From positions 914,433 to 978,432 of the forward strand of contig NC_068984.1 in the NCBI RefSeq assembly GCF_001194135.2: a DNA stretch of 64,000 nt, written 5' to 3'. Made by a program: the position numbers and the translations under genes. The notes under the pieces were generated by a model, which was given only the letters and a program-made list of their open reading frames with translations, was not told where the DNA came from and searched no databases. Positions within the stretch are counted from its first letter, which is position 1, and each line of letters opens with the position of its first letter. This document shows positions 26,450-37,650 of the stretch, one piece after another. The stretch is from Octopus bimaculoides (lineage: Eukaryota).

Positions 26450-26800
26450 TTTAGAAAGCATTTTCTTCTTCATGATCTCTGACAACTATATCTGGCATAT
26501 TGGCCTTAATTTCTCTATCTGTGTGTATTGGCATATCCCAGAGTATGGTTGCTTTCTCGTTTTCTGTGACCTTTTCTGGCGTGTGTTTATACCATCTTTT
26601 TTCTGTTGTTATTCCATAGTGTTGGCATAGCTTCCAGTGTATATAGGTCCCAGCTCTGTCGTATCTGTGAATATATTCCTTCTTAGCCAGGACTGGGCAG
26701 CCAGAGATAATATGATTTATTGTTTCTTGTCCATCGCTACATATTCTGCAGTTACTTGTTATGTTTCTTTCCATTATATGTTTTTGGTAATTACTGGTGG
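26450..26800 (-). mobile_element. R4/Dong-type LINE CCHC finger to RLE start
   Basis: CRICSDGQETINHIISGCPVLAKKEYIHRYD...ILWDMPIHTDREIKANMPDIVVRD; same sublineage as 55288-55728. Confidence 0.9.
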
Positions 26801-26852
26801 GGAGACATATTACTATTATTATCATCATCATCATTATTATTATTAATAATAA

Positions 26853-26923
<71 letters not shown>

Positions 26924-27769
26924 ATATATTAAAGATTAAGATACGGCAAAAAGAAAGCCGTTCAGCGACTTTTGTTTCATATAAATATATAGTTAAGAAT
27001 CTGTAAATGTTTGTTAAGCATTGGTTTGTATGTAAATGACGTTTCTTGGAGTTCTAAGTAGTTCTGTCAGATATTGATGCGACCAGAGGTGGGGGTAGGG
27101 GCGGTAATTGAATCTCAGACCTTTTAATATCATCGTAAAAGTATTTGGTAGAATTGGTTTGTTCAACGAGAGTTTATCACAGTTGAATAAGTCGAAAAAA
27201 AAAAAAAAGAAAGAAAGAGCCCCCCTTAATTTTCAAAGTTGTTTCTAATGCTACGACACAGCCCCGCCCTGCAACACTAGACACTGTCCGGTATTTGGTG
27301 CGACCCGTTCACATTCCTAATGAACTCACCATTGACACAATGTCTTCGTTAAAAAGCAATGAAGGAGCTTCTACCTGTCCGATTGACATGATCAAATAGC
27401 AGCCAAGTTGCTCTCAAAACATATCTTACCACCTTAAAAAAAGTTCATTGAACCAAATCATTATAGAACAGAATGCCATCTTACCTTATCCGATATTAAT
27501 TAGGCCATTAATTAGCTTTCAATCGGCTAATTATATGAAACATGGCTGCTCTTCAAGCTATTTGCTAATAATGAGCTAATGTAACACAATAGCCAATTCA
27601 ACCATTTGTCCTCCTTCATACTCACCAAAAGTTATCCATTTGAACATAGTTTGTAAGGAAATAGAATGGGAGATGGAACGTTATTCTGGTATAAGAACAT
27701 TTTTATTTCTGCTAGGAAAATATTTCAAACTCATATTTTAATATAAAGTATTTTTAATTTTGTTTGTGA

Positions 27770-28180
27770 AGACTGCCATGACTATTGCAGATACACCCAA
27801 ACTAAAAGTGGTTAAGAAAACTGCTTAATAGATACAATAAACGTTATATTGGAGCTGTGGAAGGAAAATTTAAATCTAGATATAACAACCGTCTTTCGAA
27901 TTTTAGGTACCGTAATAAGAGACATTCAATAACCCATTCGGTTTTAATCTGGAAACTTAAAGAAGGGACCAATTTTGATATGAAATGGAGACTCTTCTCT
28001 ACATCTAGACCCTATATTAAACGGATCAAAAATTGTTCAGAGTATCCGCTTGAAAAACTGTATCTGTTAAAACACTTGAAAAACTCCAACAGAAATTCGA
28101 GGAACGAGATCTTTTCTTTATGTCCACATTTCAAAAAATACATCTTATCGGAATTTAAAAGTAGACCACCGGACACTTAG
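27770..28180 (+). mobile_element. Penelope-like element GIY-YIG endonuclease fragment
   Basis: KRYIGAVEGKFKSRYNN...VLIWKLKE...FDMKW...LEKLYLL...NSRNEIFSLCPH. Confidence 0.85.
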
Positions 28181-28480
28181 TAAACCATTAACATCTGGTT
28201 TACATCTGATTTATATCGAATTATTATTACGTTGGTTACCTCCCTCGCGTTTTTCCTTTTTGCCTTCTTCTTTACAATCGCTTTTTGTTAAAAGTTAACT
28301 GTTCAAAAGACAACGGACAAACGGTCTTACTTTCAGCTTGATAAATGGCGGAATAAATTATTATTTCGATTAGAAAACCGTGGGTAGCTGTAATTGCAAG
28401 ATTTCTGGTTCTTAATTTAAGATAATCTTTACTCTGTGAGCTGATCGAGTGCTTTTCCAATTATTGAAGCATTACCACAT

Positions 28481-28522
<42 letters not shown>

Positions 28523-29086
28523 NNNNNNNNNNNNNNNNNNNNNNNNNNNNNNNNNNNNNNNNNNNNNNNNNNNNNNNNNNNNNNNNNNNNNNNNNNNNNN
28601 NNNNNNNNNNNNNNNNNNNNNNNNNNNNNNNNNNNNNNNNNNNNNNNNNNNNNNNNNNNNNNNNNNNNNNNNNNNNNNNNNNNNNNNNNNNNNNNNNNNN
28701 NNNNNNNNNNNNNNNNNNNNNNNNNNNNNNNNNNNNNNNNNNNNNNNNNNNNNNNNNNNNNNNNNNNNNNNNNNNNNNNNNNNNNNNNNNNNNNNNNNNN
28801 NNNNNNNNNNNNNNNNNNNNNNNNNNNNNNNNNNNNNNNNNNNNNNNNNNNNNNNNNNNNNNNNNNNNNNNNNNNNNNNNNNNNNNNNNNNNNNNNNNNN
28901 NNNNNNNNNNNNNNNNNNNNNNNNNNNNNNNNNNNNNNNNNNNNNNNNNNNNNNNNNNNNNNNNNNNNNNNNNNNNNNNNNNNNNNNNNNNNNNNNNNNN
29001 NNNNNNNNNNNNNNNNNNNNNNNNNNNNNNNNNNNNNNNNNNNNNNNNNNNNNNNNNNNNNNNNNNNNNNNNNNNNNNNNNNNNNN

Positions 29087-29980
29087 TAGTGAAGGGGAGG
29101 TACGACGACGATCTCGGGGCGAACATGGGCGTCGACAAGGAATACCTGACCTGCCTGTTCGAGACGACTTTCGGGCCAGGACCTATAGACAACTTCCAGA
29201 GATGCCTGGCCTGGCAGCGCTATCGAGAAGCGCTGCCCGTTCGGGATAAGCTATAAAAGCATGGCTCGAGAAACACAGGGCCGACCTGCCTGAGATGCGG
29301 TCAGTGTCCAACCATTTCCGACCTGTGGGCCTATGTCGAACGACTGCTATCGCGTGTGGGACGAGTCGGTTTATCAACCGAGTCTATCGTGAATATTGTC
29401 GCGCCCCCTTCCTTGAAATGGGAAAGAAGTGCCATTTTCATCGTATTTGTTGCTATGGCGAAAGAATGTGTATGGTGGACACGTCTGAAAAGTCTAGAGA
29501 CAAATACTTTCCTCTCTGGTCAATCTCTCATCAACTTCTTCAAGTATCACTTGAAGAGGAAGGTGAGAGTAGAAAGGGAAGTTTTGTCTAGTGAATGTTT
29601 CAAAAAAAGATGAGTGAATGTAGCAAGGATGGCACGTATAAATGACTGAGCCAGCTTGAACATAATCCTATGAACCAAAAAAAGAAAGGAAAAAGAGAGT
29701 CACTTCCTGTAATGTGTTTTCTTTTTGCGTGACATTATTGCCCAAGGTTACATTGGTCTTTTCCGTAGGCTTTTCTTTCCACGGATAAAACTAAGCTGTT
29801 TACCCTTTTTACATTGACATTTCTGTGATACACGATCCCTATTGATCGGATTTTATTTTCCCCGCGATCCCTTTTGATCGAAATACGACCCACTGTTTTT
29901 TTTCTCTTCTTCCCAAAAAGAAAAGCTCTACTTTGTATTTTGTCCCCTCTTTATTCAGCCCTGCGTGGCCAATAAAGAAA
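29087..29980 (+). mobile_element. Tx1/L1-clade LINE 3' end (zf-RVT-like region plus 3' UTR ending AATAAAGAAA)
   Basis: One frame with two stops: NFQRCLAWQRYREALPVRDKL*KHG...PTCLRCGQ|CPTISDLWAYVE...AMAKECVWWTR...FFKYHLKRKVRVER; visibly GC-rich; 5' side runs into a gap. Confidence 0.8.
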
Positions 29981-30004
29981 CATATATGTATGTATATATA
30001 CCCA

Positions 30005-30195
30005 GGTCGGTGTTTGTCTCCCACAACCGCTTGACAACCGATCTTGGTTTGTTTACGTCCCCGTAAGCACAAAAGAGACCGATAGAATGAGTATCAGGCT
30101 TTAGAAAAACAGGCGCTGTTGTCGATTTATTCGACTACATTTTTGAGGGCTGTACTCCAGCATGGCCTCACTCCAATGACTGAAGGACGGAAAAG
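30005..30195 (+). mobile_element. SINE family B, 3' half
   Basis: gtttgtctcccacaaccgcttgacaaccg...tttacgtccccgtaa...gagaccgatagaatgagtatcaggc...ctccagcatggcc...aatgactgaa. Confidence 0.8.
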
Positions 30196-30507
30196 GGAAA
30201 AGATACAAGGATTATATATGCGTAAGTATACATGTCTTTTGGCGCGTACGCGTGCATATATGTGTGTGTGTGTGTATAATTAAAAGCCTATAAATATACC
30301 GAAATAGAAATACAGACATTATTGGTGTAAGATAAACCTTTTATTCTGATGTCATCTGAAAATGTTCAAACTACATTACTGCTATGTGTATGTGTGCGCA
30401 TGTATATGTATATATGTATGTGTCCATATAACTAGATAGATAGCTACATACATACATACATATATACACACATACATACATACATACATACATAAATACA
30501 TACAAAC

Positions 30508-30551
<44 letters not shown>

Positions 30552-31431
30552 NNNNNNNNNNNNNNNNNNNNNNNNNNNNNNNNNNNNNNNNNNNNNNNNN
30601 NNNNNNNNNNNNNNNNNNNNNNNNNNNNNNNNNNNNNNNNNNNNNNNNNNNNNNNNNNNNNNNNNNNNNNNNNNNNNNNNNNNNNNNNNNNNNNNNNNNN
30701 NNNNNNNNNNNNNNNNNNNNNNNNNNNNNNNNNNNNNNNNNNNNNNNNNNNNNNNNNNNNNNNNNNNNNNNNNNNNNTTGAAGTCTATATATATATATAG
30801 CTATGTGTGTGTATATGTGCATGCGCTTGTGTGAAAGTGTGTGTGAGTAATGTCATTCACACACACACAAACGTATTAGATTGTGCGTGCATGAAAACAG
30901 GTGGGGGGAGGGAGATAGACACAGACATGGACGCAGACCGATTTTGTGACAGAGAATGAGACCAAGAGAGAGAGAGGGGGGAGTGTGAGAAAGAGAGAAA
31001 TAGAAAGAGAGCAAGGAAGAAAGAAACAAACAAAGAAAAAAGAAAGAACGAAAGAAAGAAATAGAAAAAGGAAAGGAGAGATTGAAATGAAGAGAGAGAA
31101 AAAAATGAGAGAGCAAGAGAAAAAGATAAGGAGGAGGAGAAAGAGGGAAGGAGAGGGAGGGAGGGAGAGAGAGAGAGAGAGAAATGCAGAAAGAAAGAAT
31201 AAAAGAAACTGAATGCAGAAGGCGACAATTTTCGAAACATTCGCCATATAATTTCGTTGTCATAGCAACTAATTCAAATTACAATGAGGCAGTTTTAGTG
31301 CCGGGGAAAGCCACCTACCTGGGTGATGGCGCTGCTGTTGTCATTAGCTTAACAGCAACAACAACAACTCCACCGGTTAATAGAATATTGTTGTCTTACT
31401 TATGTGTGTTCTCTGTTGTATTTGCTCCCCC

Positions 31432-31468
<37 letters not shown>

Positions 31469-31816
31469 GAGGACACTGTCTCATTTACACATCTCTGTCG
31501 TCATAATGAACAGACAACAACAGTTATCTTCCCCTAGTAACTAGCTAAACCCTTTTTGCGACTCTCCGACGACACTGCTACTACTGCTACTACTACTACT
31601 ACTACAGCTGCTGCTGCTGCTACCACGGTTAGCACTACTACTGCTGCTGCTGCTACTCTCGCGGTTACTCTCCTCCCTCACAACCTTTCCACGTCGTTCC
31701 GTTTAGTTGTAACCAACACCTTCTCTCAATGTCATTGTCAAGTGATTCCGGCAGAAAGAGTACCCACTACTGCCACCACCACCGCCGCTACCTACAGCAT
31801 CACCTTTTTCCTTGTT

Positions 31817-31867
<51 letters not shown>

Positions 31868-31959
31868 GTCATCATCGTCATTATCATCATCATCATTAGA
31901 ATTTCTTTTGTATCCTGATATGAATCAGCAAAGTCTGGAGGTGGATAAAGTGTGTGGAA

Positions 31960-32270
31960 ATTGTTCAAGTAACCAATAGAATTATTTCGTAAATGACAAA
32001 CAGATGTATTGTTGAAATGACCAATAGATACTTTGTCCAATTGGCCAACAGTTGTACAACTATCTGACAAGATTTTGTCTAAACGACAAACAGACATATT
32101 TGTCTAAATGACAAATATATCTGTCATCTACACATCTGTTTGTCATTTACACAATACAGCTGTTTTCCATGTAGACAATAGCATATTTATTGTGTAAATG
32201 ACAAATGTATTGTCTAGACGACAAACAAATGTATTGTGTATGTGACAAACAGATACGTTGCTCTGTATGA
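31960..32270. repeat. Degenerate minisatellite (core tgtctaaatgacaaacagat) containing inverted units
   Basis: About 8 related units; 31989-32007 is the exact reverse complement of 32132-32150. Confidence 0.75.
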
Positions 32271-33481
32271 GACAGTAGTACAGACGGAGACCGAACGGTT
32301 TCCCATTTTCTACGTAATATCATACCTGACATTGTAAATATCATGCGCATGCAACCATTACTTTTCTTTTCTCCTTAAGAGGACGAGACGTTCAGGAATA
32401 TGTGTGCCACATCGAAGTGATCAGGACTCCATAACAAATTCGCCCGAGGCCTGTTTGCATGTAGTGTATCTAAGGAAACCCAGTTTGGTCGCTCAACTTC
32501 TTGTGATAATTGCATTTCAGCACTGTAAATTAGGAAACTATCTTTGCCATTTAGCCAAACACTCCAGCTTTGTTTGTTTGTTTGCTTTTGCATTGCTTGA
32601 ATGAGCCACATTGATATTTATGAGAAGTGACTTGGTTCTTTAAGAGTTAATTGCTTGGCATTGAGTCAGCCAGTTACCATTCTCAGATTCTCATTAAATA
32701 TCATGAAATCGTCTTATTCTCAGACACTAATCCTTGTCAAATCGTTGTCTATTGAACGATGTTTGAAACACACTCCAATAATTAATTCTCTTATGATACG
32801 TCATTAAACATTCACAAATATGTTTAGTCGTTTTCGAAGATTGAATCTTACAGGACGGTATCTAACACCTCTAGCTACGATAAGGTGCCTTATTATACAG
32901 TAAAACTTGTTCCTCGCTTATGTATGTCAGTTCTTAACAAATTTCAGAATTATTTCGCAGTTTTCAGTCTCGGGGCAGATCTTTTGCTCTTGAAGAGGTT
33001 TCCTAACACATTTAGCAAAATAATTCCAGCATTTCTTCAGAATCACTTGACAAACATATATTCTTCTTAAGCAACATCTAAACACATCATTGGTTTTGAA
33101 TTCAATCCCAGAACTACCGGTCCACTTTCTGGATTCAAGATAACCACTTCCGTGTTACTGGCCAGATTATCGTAATTATTCTATGGTCAAATGACCCATT
33201 TCTATGAAGATATGAAATTGTGTAAGGAAATCTACTAATGAAGTAAGTATTGCTACAGTCAATTATCGAGTAATAATCAATATATTGAACTTAACTACTT
33301 TCCAATAAAGGAAAACTTCAAGCAAAAGTCTTGTCTTGTAAAGAACCCCAGAAATGCAGATTTCGACACTAACTTTTAGACGAAATAATATTCTTTATTA
33401 GCTTGTTAAGAAAATCTCTATGAGAGACGAAAGCAGTAACTATACAGAGAAGTAATGTTTATAGCCATCTAAACATGTGCA

Positions 33482-33537
33482 GCTGGAGGAGGCGTCCTGC
33501 TGGAGGAGGCGTCCTGCTGGAGGAAGCATCCTGCTGA
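33482..33537. repeat. 17-bp tandem repeat (ctgctggaggaggcgtc), ~3 copies
   Basis: Direct reading. Confidence 0.9.
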
Positions 33538-34289
33538 GGTTAAGAAAGCAATACCGTCCGGGTTTAGATGGCGATAAACATTACTCCTCAATATTCTTTA
33601 TACTTGGGATAAAATTTCATTTCTTTGGCGGTTATTTTCCAAGACTCCTTTAGTTCAATGCGATGATAGTTTCGTCTCTAGCAGAAAGGGTTTCTTCCCA
33701 TTTTTATGTGTAGTATTTTTTCGTTAAGAAACAATTGTCAAATTCTAAAACCTTTTAAAGTTGTTACTGTTGTTTAGTGTGATCGAACCGACCTATGATC
33801 AACGATACTCCAGATCGACTAGCTAGTGGTGGCCACGATCATTCAACCTTCTTCAAAACTTTTTTAGGGTGGTCTTTCCAAGAACAGATTATTACTGGGC
33901 GACTAAAAAGTATTGGTTCCTTTGTCTGACCTTGAAAACATATTTTATTCAAGAGTGATCGTCTCTGTAATCGCTCGACCAGCTATATATAGCAGCCAAG
34001 TCCTTTTTTATATCACGCCCTGTCTCAGAAAAGGAAGTGACGAATTCAGTAACGTGGCTTTAGATGCAGTACAACTGAATAAAAGGCAAAATGGTTATGG
34101 CTTTGATTAGCCTAAATAATTACAACCATTAAATTGTTATGAAATTATACAAGATATGTGACAAAGTTAAAATAAGAGCCATTTTTTAAAATGAATGGTA
34201 ACATTCAGTGAATTATGCAGAGAACAAACTATTATAATAGATATCTAAGTTTTTTAAACATTATTATTATTATCATTATTATTATTATT

Positions 34290-34830
34290 ATTGATTTGAT
34301 TCAGGTTCGTTCTCATTCCTAGTAAGATTTATGTGGCTAGCGGCTAACTACCTGTAATCTTAAGTATCCACAAGCGCTCAATAATGTTTCAAGCACTTAA
34401 AACCCTCCAAATAATCTTTCCTGTCCTTAGGAGGCAAACTTTCTGTAGAAGCTCTACAGGACATTCTATTCCAATGTGGCTCAACCATTTCTCTATATTT
34501 TTGCTTACAGTTCCAAAATGCACCAATTATGACAGGCACAACCTTTACAGTTTTCAGACTCCAAATTCTTGCAATTTCAAATTTTAAGTGATTGTATTTT
34601 CTTCTTTTTTTCGTCTTTCATCGTCTTTCTTTATGATCTTCGAATCAAATGGATTCGATGGAACAACTGGTAAGCAGCTTTGCTTTTTCTTCTCTATTAT
34701 TATGTGTCGTTTATTATTTTCTCTCGCTTCTTATCCGTTTGAAAAGGAGAGTTCCCTTAAATTTTGCATTTCTCCAACTTCAGCACTCTTTGAAACCAAT
34801 GATCACACCGTGGCACTCTTTTGACCCGAT
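34290..34830 (-). mobile_element. R4/Dong-type LINE RLE 3' end with (TAA)n tail
   Basis: PFDSKIIKK...FGTVSKNIEKWLSHIGIECPVELLQKVCLLRTGKIIWRVLSA*; tail at 34260-34292. Confidence 0.85.
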
Positions 34831-34841
34831 CATGATAATAC

Positions 34842-34919
<78 letters not shown>

Positions 34920-34920
<1 letters not shown>

Positions 34921-36560
34921 GAGTGAGAGAGCAATACATGCCATCAAAATGACACTGTGGTGCAAATATACGAAGCTCAGTATATATTTGCTGCAGACCA
35001 TCTTTTATACCAAGACAAAATATGATAACAAGCGTTAGAAGCTGTGCATTGTTAATTCCAGTTGTAAAAGTCCACGACCACCACCCTCTTTTCTTGGCAG
35101 GTAAAGTCGTTCTATATCTACCTTACGGTGGTGCATTCTATGCATTGTCAACAATTTTCGTATTTTAGTAATTGAAACTGAGTCACGACCGGCATAGTTA
35201 AAGTTTTGATCGCTTCGATCCTGTTTCTTGCATTCAGCGCTGTCTTGAGAATTGCCCTTACCCTGCGATAACATTCTCTTCTGATATTTTCCCTCATCAT
35301 TGAATGTTTGATTCCCTCACCTTCAAATACCCCCAGGTATTTGTGACTCTCCGCTGGTTCTAACTCCTTTATGACATTCTGCTGGTCAAGATTAACATTA
35401 GATGTTTCTGTCATATTTCCTTTGATAAAGGTAGCTTTTGCCCATTTATCGAGGCCAAACGGCATCCTGATGTCATCACTGAATTGTTTAACAATCGCTA
35501 GTACACCCTCTAGTTGTTGGTCCTTTTTTACAAAGAGCTTAAATCATCCATGTAAATGAGAGGATTTATATTTTAATGAAACATTTTATAGCCGTATTGT
35601 ACATCATTGTGCAATTTTGAGAGAGGTATTAAGGTTAGACAAAAGAAGAGCGGTGATAGAGAGTCACCCTGGAAAACGCCACATGAATTTCTTACATCTC
35701 CAGCATTAAGAGATTCATTGTCACTGTTCAAAGTCAGTGTGGTTCTCCATGATCTCATACTTACAGACGAGAAGTTTCGCAGTGTAGGTGCTATGTTATA
35801 CATTTCCAGATATTTCTTAATCCAGTTTTGTGGTAGACTATCAAAAGATTTTTATAGTCTATCGAGGCTATCGACAAATTCTTATGTCGTTTGTAACAAT
35901 CTTCCAAGATCATCTTATTGATGAGTAGCTGATCTTTACAACCATAGGACCCACGTTTACATCCTTTTTGCTCATTAAAAAGCTGTAGGTGTATTCAGTC
36001 AAGACAGATATTAGTATTCTCTACATCGTTGTTAAGCAGGTTATGGGTCTATAATTTTCTGTGAACCAACGATTTTTTCTTATTGCTCTAGCTTGATCAC
36101 ATAATCTTTGTTCTGTGAATTGAAACAATCCTCTTTCTCTCCATTGATCATACATACATTGTCGGTATCCCCTAAGATGAGCACCATTTTCGTCATCAGG
36201 GTTGCTCAAGTAGTAACACTCCATGACCACAGCATTGACTTATTTCTTCCATCTACGCCGTGTGTGCCCATCCCGTTCAAAAGGTCGCTGAATAAGGGTT
36301 TCTTAAGGTTGTTGAATGAAACACCCATGTTTCCAGATGTGAGTTATTCAAACCCCCAAAGAATTCCTCTCAACACATGACTATGATGCTCCGCCACTAG
36401 TCTGCTCGTGCTCAGAGGTGCACATATCATCAGCTACCAAGGGACTTGCTCAACTGGTTAATGTCAAACAACTGACAAGCAAATCTGTTGAATTGAGCAG
36501 AATATTTGCTGTAGCCCATCTTTTACACTAAGACAAAACAACGTACATGATAACACTTCC
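34920..36560 (-). mobile_element. R4/Dong-type LINE, multiply internally deleted, retaining apparent 5' region, N-terminus, RT and 3' tail
   Basis: [20 protein letters not shown]...[19 protein letters not shown]|ENYRPITCL...EQKGC...QLLINKMI...IDYK.SFDS...FQGDSLSPLFFC...FGLDK...KYLGVFEG...IERLYLPRKEGG; (TAA)n at 34845-34920. Confidence 0.9.
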
Positions 36561-36572
36561 AATTAGTTATTA

Positions 36573-36615
<43 letters not shown>

Positions 36616-36634
36616 TATTATTATTATTATTATG

Positions 36635-36726
<92 letters not shown>

Positions 36727-36749
36727 CATTGTTGTTGTTGTTATTATTA

Positions 36750-37650
36750 TGATTATCTCTTTGTCACAGGTTTTGTTCGAGCTCCTGCAGTCTTGCATGC
36801 GTAACGGGCTTACTACTTGCAGTCTCCGCTACGATGCTATCCGTTCTTTTCTGCTATCTAATACTTTCCTGATTATTCTGGCCGTGCCAAGGAGACAAAC
36901 CTTTTCTAGCAGTTCTACTGGGCACTCTACTCCAATTTGTTTTATATTTCTCTTGATGCTTTCTGTTACCGTTCCCAAGGACCCAACAATAGCTGGCACT
37001 ATCTTCACTTTTTCTCATTTTTCATAGCCGGGTTATTTCATACTGAAGAGGGTTGTATCTATCTATTTTTTTGCCTTCCTTCTTGATTATTCGTGGGTCA
37101 AACGGATATGCAACATCAACTGTATAGCATATATGGTGCACCCTGTCCACTACCACTAGGTCCGGTTTATTATTCTCTAGCACCTGATCTGTTTGAAATG
37201 GGAAATATCAGAGGATTTTGCTAGTCTCCAACTCTGCCACTTCCTGCGGTTTGTGCTCATAACACGTCCTGCTTCTCTCTAGCCCTCACTTTTTGTAGTT
37301 TCCAATGAAGCACTTTCGCTACCTAATCGTATCACCACATCTTGTAGTGAATTTGGGCAAGTCTAGCGCATTCGTTCGTGATATGGGCAATGGTTTCATC
37401 CATTACAGATGCGGCACAGCGGAGATTTTGCTCATTCTTAAGGCTCACCCTCCAATTCGTGGCCAAAGCTTGGTCTTGCACTACTAGTATAGTGCTCTCA
37501 GTCTCTTTTATTAGGGCTCCTTTCTTCGGCCAATCCCAACTATTTTTTCGAGCCACTTCGGTTGTGGCTACATGGAATTGATTGTTTTCGCCCTTCTTGC
37601 GTAATTCTTCTTCATGTCTTTTTCTACTTCGTTTGTTTTCCCTTTTTCAC
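36750..37650 (-). mobile_element. R4/Dong-type LINE 3' end (CCHC finger and RLE) with (TAA)n tail
   Basis: ETESTILVVQDQAL...DETIAHITNECARLAQ...KIVPAIVGSLGTV...VELLEKVCLLGTARIIRKVLD; same sublineage as 25187-26385; tail at 36565-36750. Confidence 0.9.
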
